Origin: Candidatus Fraserbacteria bacterium
GTDB lineage: Bacteria; Bipolaricaulota; Bipolaricaulia; RBG-16-55-9
Direction: 5' to 3'
Length of the DNA: 45,278 nt
NCBI GenBank assembly: GCA_037442925.1
Contig: JBBIPG010000013.1
Location: forward strand, 1-45,278
Below the pieces are notes generated by a model. The model saw nothing but the letters and a program-made list of their open reading frames with translations, searched no databases and was not told the DNA's origin. Of the stretch, positions 19,210-27,153 are shown piece after piece. How positions within the stretch are numbered: position 1 is the stretch's first letter; each line of letters starts with the position of its first letter. The position numbers and the translations under genes are program-made.

Positions 19210-20013
19210 TTGGCGAGATCGATTACGGCGATGCCACGCGCGTTAGGGGATTGGCTCCGTGTTCTTCTAGACTACGTGGGAGGAGCTTCTCTTCTTCTCT
19301 TTGAGACTCTTCGCTGGCTGGGCTACCCGAGCTCTTGGCGCTGGAGTCGAATTCTCACCCAAATAGAGCGAATCGGCTGGGGAAGCCTTTCCATCGTCTC
19401 CTTCATCTCGCTCACTATCGGCGTCGCCGTTGCCTTCCAAACAGCATATCAAATGCAGAAATTCTCTTTCTCGACGCACATCTACACGGCCAGCTTCGGG
19501 TCGCTCATGATCTTTCGCGAGATCGGACCCGTCTTGACGGCCCTCATTGTCGCCGGCCGAGTAGGGGCCTCCATCACTGCCGAGTTGGGCACCATGGCCA
19601 TCACGCAACAGATCGAGGCCCTCAGGGCCTTGGCCACCAACCCTATAAGATTTCTGGTTGTGCCGCGCTTCCTCGCGCTCGTCATCGGGCTTCCGCTTCT
19701 TACGGTCTACGCGGACGCCGTGGGAGTGCTCGGCGGGTATCTTGTGGGCATCACACAGCTGCACATCGGGTCACAGCTCTACTTTGAGATGGCTACGGCA
19801 CTTCTCGCCCTGAAGGACCTCTGGACGGGACTCGTGAAAGCGCTCGTGTTTGCCGTGATCATCTGCGTCATCAGCTGTTACGAGGGACTTCGGACGGAAG
19901 GGGGAGCCGAGGGCGTCGGGAGAGCTACCACGTGGTCCATCGTGATTTCGTTCACGCTGATCATTGCAGCAGACTCGTTCTTCACCGCGATATTCTATTT
20001 CATCGGACAATGA
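19210..20013 (+). CDS. mlaE: MlaE-family ABC permease
   Basis: REIGPVLTALIVAGRVGASITAELGTM and GAEGVGRATT motifs; TATAAT at 19184-19189. Confidence 0.92.
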   Translation: MARSITAMPRALGDWLRVLLDYVGGASLLLFETLRWLGYPSSWRWSRILTQIERIGWGSLSIVSFISLTIGVAVAFQTAYQMQKFSFSTHIYTASFGSLMIFREIGPVLTALIVAGRVGASITAELGTMAITQQIEALRALATNPIRFLVVPRFLALVIGLPLLTVYADAVGVLGGYLVGITQLHIGSQLYFEMATALLALKDLWTGLVKALVFAVIICVISCYEGLRTEGGAEGVGRATTWSIVISFTLIIAADSFFTAIFYFIGQ

Positions 20014-20753
20014 GCGAGAAGACAAACCGCGCGATGATTGAGCTGCAAGGACTGCACAAATCACTCGGAGGGCGTCCGGTGCTGTGTGGGGTGGATCTAT
20101 GTGTGGAGCGGGGAGAGATGCTGGCGCTCATCGGGCGCAGTGGGTGCGGAAAGACGGTACTGCTCAAGCACATCATCGGCTTGATGAGGCCCGATACCGG
20201 ATGTGTGTTCATCGATGGGGTAGATATCACGCGGCTTGCCGAGCGGGAGTTGGATCGCGTCCGGCTCAAGCTCGGAATGCTCTTTCAGGAGGCGGCGCTC
20301 TTTGATTCTCTGACTGTCTTTGAGAACGTCGCTTTCGCACTACGGGAGCATACCAAGATGGATCCAGGGTCCATCCGTGCGCGTGTGAAGGAATGCTTAA
20401 CGCTGGTGGGGCTCGATGGCATTGAGCATCTTTACCCGGAGGCACTCTCAGGCGGCATGAAAAAGCGTGTGGGACTGGCGCGTGCCATCGCCATGCACCC
20501 GGAGATCCTCTTATACGATGAGCCGACGTCGGGAGTAGATCCTCTCATGGGCGAAGAGATCAATGCGTTGATTGAGAAGCTTCGGGATCAGTTGGGCGTT
20601 ACATCTCTGGTTGTGACCCATGACTTGAGGAGTGCGCTCCGGCTGGGCGATCGCATTGCCCTGCTCGAAGACGGCCGGATTGTCGCAGCCGGCACTCCGG
20701 CTGAGATGCAAACGATGGATGAACCTGTAGTCAGGGAGTTCTTTCAGCCCTAG
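20010..20753 (+). CDS. mlaF: MlaF-family ABC ATPase
   Basis: GRSGCGKT, LSGGMKKRVGLARA and LLYDEPT motifs; ATGA overlap with mlaE. Confidence 0.92.
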   Translation: MSEKTNRAMIELQGLHKSLGGRPVLCGVDLCVERGEMLALIGRSGCGKTVLLKHIIGLMRPDTGCVFIDGVDITRLAERELDRVRLKLGMLFQEAALFDSLTVFENVAFALREHTKMDPGSIRARVKECLTLVGLDGIEHLYPEALSGGMKKRVGLARAIAMHPEILLYDEPTSGVDPLMGEEINALIEKLRDQLGVTSLVVTHDLRSALRLGDRIALLEDGRIVAAGTPAEMQTMDEPVVREFFQP

Positions 20754-20762
20754 GAGGCGTAG

Positions 20763-21476
20763 ATGGAGAGGGAAGCTCGTCTGGTGTGGAAGGTTGGGCT
20801 CTTTGTGGCTGTAGGTTTGTTTGCGACGGCGGTGATCATCCTTGCGATTCGGGACTGGCGGATACTGCGCGCCGGGTACGAGATTCGCGTGCTGTTCGAT
20901 TCTGCTGGTGGGCTTCTCGTGGGAGCGCCGGTCAAGTTTGCTGGGGTGGAAGTGGGGGAAGTGGTGAAGATTCGGATCGTGAGTGAGGGCTCCTCTTCGC
21001 CTTTGGCGCGGGTTGAACTTAGTCTGTGGCTTCCGGATGGACTCACGGTCCGATCCGACGACCGGGTGCTGATCGCGATGCTGGGCCTATTGGGCGAGAA
21101 GTACGTAGAGATCCTGCCGGGACCAGGGAGCGGGCGCATCCTCCAGGCGGGGGATGTGCTGGAAGGTGCTGGTGTGGTCTCTCAGCTCGAATTCACGCAG
21201 CAGTTCACCCATGTGCTCACCCGGCTAGAAGAGATGTTGAATGCTGCAAGCGCTCTTGTGAGCGACCCGCAAATCTCTCAGCGAATCAAGTCCACTCTGG
21301 AGCAAGCAGAAAACCTCACGAAACGGTTAGATAAGACCACTCAACAAGCAGAAGTTCTCATGCGACAATGGCAGCAAGTGGGGGAGAAGAGTTCTATTGC
21401 CATCGATGATCTTCGGCAGTGGGCTCCCTGGCTCGCGCTGGGCATGGCATTGCTCATCTACCTCGTGACGCGCTAG
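20763..21476 (+). CDS. mlaD: MlaD/MCE-domain protein
   Basis: N-terminal TM, FDSAGGLLVGAPVKFAGVEVG and GLLGEKYVEI motifs, helical tail and hydrophobic C-terminus. Confidence 0.9.
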   Translation: MEREARLVWKVGLFVAVGLFATAVIILAIRDWRILRAGYEIRVLFDSAGGLLVGAPVKFAGVEVGEVVKIRIVSEGSSSPLARVELSLWLPDGLTVRSDDRVLIAMLGLLGEKYVEILPGPGSGRILQAGDVLEGAGVVSQLEFTQQFTHVLTRLEEMLNAASALVSDPQISQRIKSTLEQAENLTKRLDKTTQQAEVLMRQWQQVGEKSSIAIDDLRQWAPWLALGMALLIYLVTR

Positions 21477-21482
21477 CTTAGC

Positions 21483-22364
21483 TCAGATACGGGTTGAGCT
21501 TATCTGCTGAAGTTTCTCGTTCAGCACTTTCTCCAGCACATCCAGATGATTCATGAGGAAGCGTCCCAAGAGTTCATGCCGGATCATGAGATCGGGGCCG
21601 AGACGCTCGCACATCATGCGAAGCATGGGGCGTTCTGTCTGCCCGTATCGCCAGCTCATCATGGGGGACATGCGATCCGTCCTGTCCAGCTGATTCTGCA
21701 TGCGTTCGAAGCTTTCTGAGTCGAGGTCAATCCCCCAGCGATCCAGCCATTCTTCGATGCGATCTCTAAGTCGCTTGAAGAATTCTCCGTCGAAGGGTTT
21801 GTGGATGTCGATGCGGAGTTCCATCTTAGTTGGTTCTTTGGGCGTCATGCTCTCATAGCGACAAGGCTGCTCTTGCTGCTGTACTCTCTGGCGGAAGTGC
21901 TGGGCGATGCGCTCGCGCATGAACTGGCGCAGGATCTCCGCTTGTTTGAGCGTGAGCAAATCTTTCGCTTTCTCAATGGATGCGCTCAGCTTCTGGTCAA
22001 ATGCCTCTCTGGCCTGAGCGATCTTTTCATCGAAGGGCTTTACGGCTTGTGCGAAGTCTTCCCGGCTTCCCTGATAGCGGACGAGAAAGTCACGTAACTC
22101 CTGTTGAGCTTGCAGGACTGTCTCTTGACTCGTTCTCAGTTCTGAGATGATCTCTTTGAGTGAGGTGATCTGATCACGGCTTAGCCCCATCTCGTTGATA
22201 AGCCGGAGCAAGCCGATCTCCATCTGAAGTTGCAGGCGGTCGACGGACGGCTTAGCTGTTGTGGGGGGTGCTTCTGTCTGGCTGGTTACGAGCTGGGGAA
22301 TAGAAAAGGCCAGAACTAGACCCAACACACCGAGCGATCCCAAGATTAAACTTAGTTTCTTCAT
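21483..22364 (-). CDS. Exported all-helical hypothetical protein (Spy/CpxP-like character)
   Basis: Signal peptide; MGLSRDQ and LLTLKQ (LTxxQ-like) motifs; Met-rich C-terminus; SD GAGGAGG. Confidence 0.6.
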   Translation of the reverse strand: MKKLSLILGSLGVLGLVLAFSIPQLVTSQTEAPPTTAKPSVDRLQLQMEIGLLRLINEMGLSRDQITSLKEIISELRTSQETVLQAQQELRDFLVRYQGSREDFAQAVKPFDEKIAQAREAFDQKLSASIEKAKDLLTLKQAEILRQFMRERIAQHFRQRVQQQEQPCRYESMTPKEPTKMELRIDIHKPFDGEFFKRLRDRIEEWLDRWGIDLDSESFERMQNQLDRTDRMSPMMSWRYGQTERPMLRMMCERLGPDLMIRHELLGRFLMNHLDVLEKVLNEKLQQISSTRI

Positions 22365-22526
22365 CGGACAACCCTCCTCGTCGAAACCGGCAATCTGTTG
22401 GGATTATATAACAACTTGGGAGGATTTCTAAAGTGGAGAGTCTGCCATTTGCGTGAGATGCTTGTTGGGAGTATGGTGAGTCAGGGGACAGGTCAAACTG
22501 TTAGCCGGGCGAAAGGGGTGATCTCG

Positions 22527-23498
22527 ATGTTCACCCACGGGCAGTCTGGGCTAGTTCTATGGCTGCGTAGAGTAGCGGGCATTAGTGTAGTGCTTATCTT
22601 ACTCGCCATCACTGCCGGTTGTGAAAGAGTTCCCTCATTCCATTTGGCAAATCTAGCGCAACCTGTCGGACTTGGCATTGATCCTGGTCGATTCCCCGGT
22701 CCTGGCAAATTCCAGATCGACATCATCGTCTTTAATGGAATACTAATGGGATCTGTCACCTGTGACAACGATGTGTCCATTTCTCCCACGGGACCGCCGC
22801 AGGCGCTCCCTGATAGACAAATCACCCCGATGTTGATCGACATTCCGTCAAGTCTCCCTTCAGGAACGGCGACTTGCTTTGCGCCTACTAGTGGCGGCAA
22901 ACGCCCCTTTACAATTGAAGTAGGACCTCCGCCTCCTCCGACGGGACATCCTCCCAGGATTTGTATGGATCTAAAGACAGATCGAACCGCTTATGAACCA
23001 GGTGAGATCGTAAACATAAAGATGAAGAACGTTTGTACAGAAGCGATCAGACTGCGCAGCAGGCAGCCTTGGTCTATCTACGAAGAGGCTACAGGACAAC
23101 TCGTCTACACTTCATCTGCTCGGCTGGAGATCACCCTCGTGTATCCTGACCAACAACTCACCTGGGTTTGGGATCAAAAAGACAATAATGGTCAACAGAT
23201 CCCATCGGGGAGGCGTTACGCTATTGAGCTGCACACGTTGAGTCACGGAATGATTATAATCGGGTTTAATATTGTGGCTGAACTATTGTGGCCCATGACA
23301 GTGAAACGCTTTGACATAAACGGGGACAACCTGATAGATGATTCCGAGTTCTTTAATATCCTTGATGCGTGGATTGCTGGAGAGCTGAGCGATGACGACT
23401 TCGTGAGAGCTGTGGATCTATGGATCTCACAACAGCCGATCTCCTCAGCCGACGGAGTAAATGTCAGCGCCCGACCTCAACCCAGATGGGATTCGTGA
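22527..23498 (+). CDS. Putative lipoprotein with an Ig-like domain and C-terminal EF-hand/dockerin-like motif
   Basis: Lipobox-like ITAGC, Pro-rich linker, TDRTAYEPGE.V.I...W.WDQKD domain and FDINGDNLIDDSEF motif. Start placed at ATG 22527 after AAAGGGG. Confidence 0.65.
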   Translation: MFTHGQSGLVLWLRRVAGISVVLILLAITAGCERVPSFHLANLAQPVGLGIDPGRFPGPGKFQIDIIVFNGILMGSVTCDNDVSISPTGPPQALPDRQITPMLIDIPSSLPSGTATCFAPTSGGKRPFTIEVGPPPPPTGHPPRICMDLKTDRTAYEPGEIVNIKMKNVCTEAIRLRSRQPWSIYEEATGQLVYTSSARLEITLVYPDQQLTWVWDQKDNNGQQIPSGRRYAIELHTLSHGMIIIGFNIVAELLWPMTVKRFDINGDNLIDDSEFFNILDAWIAGELSDDDFVRAVDLWISQQPISSADGVNVSARPQPRWDS

Positions 23499-24795
23499 GA
23501 GCCAGATACTTTCTTTGCGCGTCAACCAAACGTATAGCGTACCAGCCATTCGCGGTGGGAGAATCTTCCAGTGAGAGCATCTGCGCTGAGCCACTCAATT
23601 CAAACGTCTGAATGCGCTCTCCGCTGCGAATGACCTCCGCTTTGACCCCGTCTAGTGACACGACGCTTCGCACATCTGCCATGAGCGTGATCTTCGCTCC
23701 GGATTGAACTTGAACGGTATCTCCCGGCATTGTGCTTCCGTTGGCCGTTACGAACAGCAGGGGGCCGTAGGTCACAAACACATGCCCGGTTTTGAGCGCT
23801 GCGATGAATTTTTCGGCAGTGAGAGCTCCCTCCACGCGCACATACGTCCGAGGCGTGCCATATTGATCGCCCAGCGCCTTCCAGTCGTGATCATCAGAGA
23901 CAGCTGTGGCAACATAACGCTTTCCCTCGTTCCAGTAACGGAACATCTGCAGGACGGTCTGGTTATCGCTCTCATCGAAAGAACCGTTGAAGACCTCGGC
24001 AGCATCGAAGGATGGATCAAACTCCGGCCGATTGCGCGAGAAGAAATACCCACCCGTCGGATCGAGCGGGTGATTGACTTGAATCATCGTAGCGCCCTTG
24101 GCCCGCGCTTCCTCAAAGAACTGGCTTGGGAGTTTATCAAACTTGAACTCCACAAGCTCTCCCGGACGTAGCGAATAGGGGTTAAAATGTCCCCAACGGA
24201 GCGTCGTGATCTCCTCGCTCAGCACGAAGGGAACACCTCGCTCTTGGGCCGTACGAGCGAACAGCTCGTGTCCCTCGACGGAGTTGTGATCGCTGATGAA
24301 CATCACATCCAGATCGGCAGCGAGTTGAACACCTACGGCTTGATCTACGGGCGTCACGCCGTGATTCTTGATGCCGAAATCTCGTTCCATGGCTGCGGCG
24401 CTAGCAATGGTGTGCGTGTGCAAATCAGCCGAGTAGTAGCCTGCTGTGCGCGCATCGAGCAAACGTTCGATTTGCACGGCTACATCGACAGATGAGCCTG
24501 CTCTTGCTGTGACATCGAGAGTTCTGGGTAGTGAGGTGAAACCGGCTCCATGTTCCACTCGTAGTCTGTAATTGCCCGGAACTAGTTGAAACTGAGCGCG
24601 GCCTGGCGTGTGAACATCTGTATATTCGACTCCTACTGTTCGATCGGCCTGAATGACGCAAATCAACGCATCAACGGGCTCTCCATTGATGGTGACATTC
24701 ACGGTCACGGGAACTCCGGGCTGTGAGGCAATAGAGAAGGGAAGTGACAGTCCCGAAAACAGCACGCTCAGTGCCAGCAATCTCCAGCGAGTCAT
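23464..24795 (-). CDS. Secreted PHP-domain (CehA/McbA-like) metallohydrolase
   Basis: ADLHTHT, ISDHN, NHP, SDDH and LTNPIWV motifs; signal peptide and N-terminal beta domain. Confidence 0.85.
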   Translation of the reverse strand: MTRWRLLALSVLFSGLSLPFSIASQPGVPVTVNVTINGEPVDALICVIQADRTVGVEYTDVHTPGRAQFQLVPGNYRLRVEHGAGFTSLPRTLDVTARAGSSVDVAVQIERLLDARTAGYYSADLHTHTIASAAAMERDFGIKNHGVTPVDQAVGVQLAADLDVMFISDHNSVEGHELFARTAQERGVPFVLSEEITTLRWGHFNPYSLRPGELVEFKFDKLPSQFFEEARAKGATMIQVNHPLDPTGGYFFSRNRPEFDPSFDAAEVFNGSFDESDNQTVLQMFRYWNEGKRYVATAVSDDHDWKALGDQYGTPRTYVRVEGALTAEKFIAALKTGHVFVTYGPLLFVTANGSTMPGDTVQVQSGAKITLMADVRSVVSLDGVKAEVIRSGERIQTFELSGSAQMLSLEDSPTANGWYAIRLVDAQRKYLALTNPIWVEVGR

Positions 24796-25442
24796 TAGGG
24801 TTGAACGATGAGCTTGCCGACGATGTTGTGGCCATGTGTTCTGTGAGTGATGAAGAATTGGCCTTCGCGATCCGGTGTGAATTCCACGGTTACCAACTGG
24901 CCTACTTCTACGTCAAAGGCTCGTGTGCTGAAGACAGGGTTTTGACCGCTCTCATCGCTGCTGATGACGACCGTCGGGTGTGAGCCATCCGTTGCTGTGT
25001 TAAAGAGTCGAACTTTCGTGCCCTTCTTGACTGTCAGTGTATCGGGGTAGATCTTGAGGTCTTTCAGGCTATGGATGAGCGAGAATTCTTGGACCTGCTC
25101 TTGCTGCTGCTGTGCTGCTGTCACGATGACCGTGGCCGTCATGGAGGGGTGAATCCGGCAGAAGTAGTCGAAGGTGCCTGGGGTGCTGAAGGTGAAGGAG
25201 AAGGTATCGTTTTGCGACAGGGTGCCGGAATTGAAGACGCCGCTGCGGCTGGTCACGGTGTGATCTGCAGAGTCTCTATTTGTCCACGTGATGGTCGTTC
25301 CCACAGGGACAGTGATCGTTGCCGGGCTGAAGGCAAAGTTCTGGATATCCACGCTGACGCTCGATTGCGGCTGAGCGGGTGATGCGGCGAACAACACGAG
25401 CGCCATAGCCAGAACGCTCAACGGAAACAGTCTATTTCTCAT
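24795..25442 (-). CDS. Secreted two-domain cupredoxin (blue-copper domain plus His-rich variant domain)
   Basis: Domain 1 has HTVT...YFCRIHPSM (type-1 Cu ligands). A poly-Q linker leads to domain 2 with HPTV...FFITHRTHGH. Confidence 0.85.
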   Translation of the reverse strand: MRNRLFPLSVLAMALVLFAASPAQPQSSVSVDIQNFAFSPATITVPVGTTITWTNRDSADHTVTSRSGVFNSGTLSQNDTFSFTFSTPGTFDYFCRIHPSMTATVIVTAAQQQQEQVQEFSLIHSLKDLKIYPDTLTVKKGTKVRLFNTATDGSHPTVVISSDESGQNPVFSTRAFDVEVGQLVTVEFTPDREGQFFITHRTHGHNIVGKLIVQP

Positions 25443-25477
25443 GGTTCCTCCCTTTGGTGTCTCTCATGGTAGCCGGG

Positions 25478-25506
25478 AATATACTCTCCTTAACGAAGGC
25501 TGTCAA
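25478..25506 (-). promoter_or_regulatory. Sigma70 promoter of the cupredoxin-PHP operon
   Basis: TTGACA-N17-TATATT on the minus strand. Confidence 0.6.
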
Positions 25507-25515
25507 GACAGGGTG

Positions 25516-26712
25516 GTCCCTGCGCCAAGAGATCGTTACCAGGGGGAAGTGTGGCGCTGGCTCAAGAAAGCAGGCATCCTCTCTCGGGCACGCCTGTGGC
25601 AGAGTGCCCAAGGAGGATGCTCGCCTTGGATCTCACGTACAGAGAAGTGTACGCCATGAACCGCCACCAGGCAAGACGCTGTCTCATCCAGACCTACCAA
25701 GAGACGGGCTCCATCGCCCGCACCGCCCGGCTCTGGCAGACCAGCCCTCAGGTGGTGCGCAAGTGGCTGCGCCGCTTCCAAAGTGAAGGAGAAACCGGGT
25801 TGCAGGACCGCAGTCGTCGTCCTCACTGCTGCCCCGACCAAACGCCCGCTCACATCGAGGAGGCAGTCGTACGCCTGCGCCACCAGACCGGCTACGGTCG
25901 TGCTCGGCTCAGCCGTGAGCTGTGGCACCGCCAGCAGCTGAGGCTCTCCCCCAACACCATCCGCCACATCTTGCGTCGCCACGGGCTGGTGAAGCCGCGG
26001 CGTCGCCGCCGGCTCTGCTACCCCGCCCACTGGGCTTGGGAGACTGGGCAACCCTTCGCTCTGGCTCAGGTGGACGTCAAAGACATCCGCGACGAGCAGA
26101 CGCTGGGCTCTCGCTTGATCCATCACCTCACGCAGGCCCAGCTGCCCCGCTACCAGTGGACCTTCCTGGAGGGCAGAACCCGCCTGCGCTTTCTGGCCTA
26201 CAGCCATCGGCTCAGCCAGACCCACGCCCTCTGCTTTGCCGGGCTGGTCTTGTTCTGGTTGCGGGCCCATGGGCTCAAGCAGACGCTGCAGTGGCAGACG
26301 GACTGGGGCAGCGAGTGGGGCGGGGAGAGTCTCCCCAAGATCGAGCGGCTCAACCAGAAGTTCTTCCGGCCCTTGGGGGCCGAGCTGGTACGCTTCCCCT
26401 TGGGACGCAAGGGGTACAACGGGCGGGTGGAGCGCAGCCATCGCACCGATGACGAGGAGTTCTACCTGCCGCTGCTGCTTAAGCTGCGTGACGAGCGGAC
26501 GCTGTTGCGGCGGGCGGCGCAGTGGCTCTACTATTACAACGTGGAGCGGCCGCATACGGGAGAGGGGATGGACGGGAGGAGTCCCTGGCGCAAGCTGGTG
26601 GAGTTGGGGGTGCCAGTGCCCCAGCAATTCGCGTTGTTACCCCCGATCCTGCTGGATCGCATCTCCACCGGTTGGGTGCTGGGCCCTGGTAACGATCTCT
26701 TGACCCATTACA
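25516..26712 (+). mobile_element. IS481-family insertion sequence
   Basis: Perfect 19-bp inverted repeat (CAAGAGATCGTTACCAGGG at 25526-25544 and its complement at 26684-26702). The right end finishes in ...TTACA followed by CTAG. GC looks higher than the flanks. The exact left end is uncertain. Confidence 0.85.
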
Positions 26713-26810
26713 CTAGCTCATCCAGAGAAAGTAGGGGGAGAGAACGATGGTCTACAGTCGCTACGTGTATCTATTCAAGTGCTTCTCTCATCGCTCGCGT
26801 CTACGCATGA
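25626..26810 (+). CDS. IS481-family DDE transposase; frame runs past the element end
   Basis: HTH (VRKWLRRF..EGETGLQDRSRRP) and DDE triad (QVD, QTD, VERSHRTDDEE), YYNVERPH. TTG 25626 lies 9 nt after AGGAGG; ATG 25656 is an alternative start. Confidence 0.88.
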   Translation: MDLTYREVYAMNRHQARRCLIQTYQETGSIARTARLWQTSPQVVRKWLRRFQSEGETGLQDRSRRPHCCPDQTPAHIEEAVVRLRHQTGYGRARLSRELWHRQQLRLSPNTIRHILRRHGLVKPRRRRRLCYPAHWAWETGQPFALAQVDVKDIRDEQTLGSRLIHHLTQAQLPRYQWTFLEGRTRLRFLAYSHRLSQTHALCFAGLVLFWLRAHGLKQTLQWQTDWGSEWGGESLPKIERLNQKFFRPLGAELVRFPLGRKGYNGRVERSHRTDDEEFYLPLLLKLRDERTLLRRAAQWLYYYNVERPHTGEGMDGRSPWRKLVELGVPVPQQFALLPPILLDRISTGWVLGPGNDLLTHYTSSSRESRGRERWSTVATCIYSSASLIARVYA

Positions 26811-27133
26811 TGGAGCTGTTGGCCGCGCACGGTGAGATGCCGGTGTCCGCCATCGTTGCTGCCTTTGAGGGCGAACTGCATGGCGAAGCGTTCGAGAACC
26901 GCGACATCAGCACGATCTCACGCAATCTAACCATGCTGAAGCAGCAGGGTTTCGTCACCTCACGCCGTGAGGGTCAAACGAAGTATTACACTATCAACTT
27001 GGACAAGATCCAAGAGGAGTTCGAAAGCTTCCTCCAGTTTCTCAAGACAGCTCCGGAGCGTTTGCTGCAACCGATAGGACGTAGTGCAAAGCCACAGCCA
27101 GCCGTCGACCGGAGGCAGCGGAGATCCAAATAA
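26747..27133 (+). CDS. ArsR/SmtB-family transcriptional regulator
   Basis: FKCFSHRSRLRMMELL and STISRNLTMLKQQGFVTSRREG motifs; SD GGGGGAG. Confidence 0.88.
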   Translation: MVYSRYVYLFKCFSHRSRLRMMELLAAHGEMPVSAIVAAFEGELHGEAFENRDISTISRNLTMLKQQGFVTSRREGQTKYYTINLDKIQEEFESFLQFLKTAPERLLQPIGRSAKPQPAVDRRQRRSK

Positions 27134-27153
27134 TCAGTGAGAAGACCATTCCC

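Noticed and set aside
25536..26627. 363-aa antisense ORF inside the IS
   Set aside because: Shadow frame of the GC-rich transposase with no recognisable domain.
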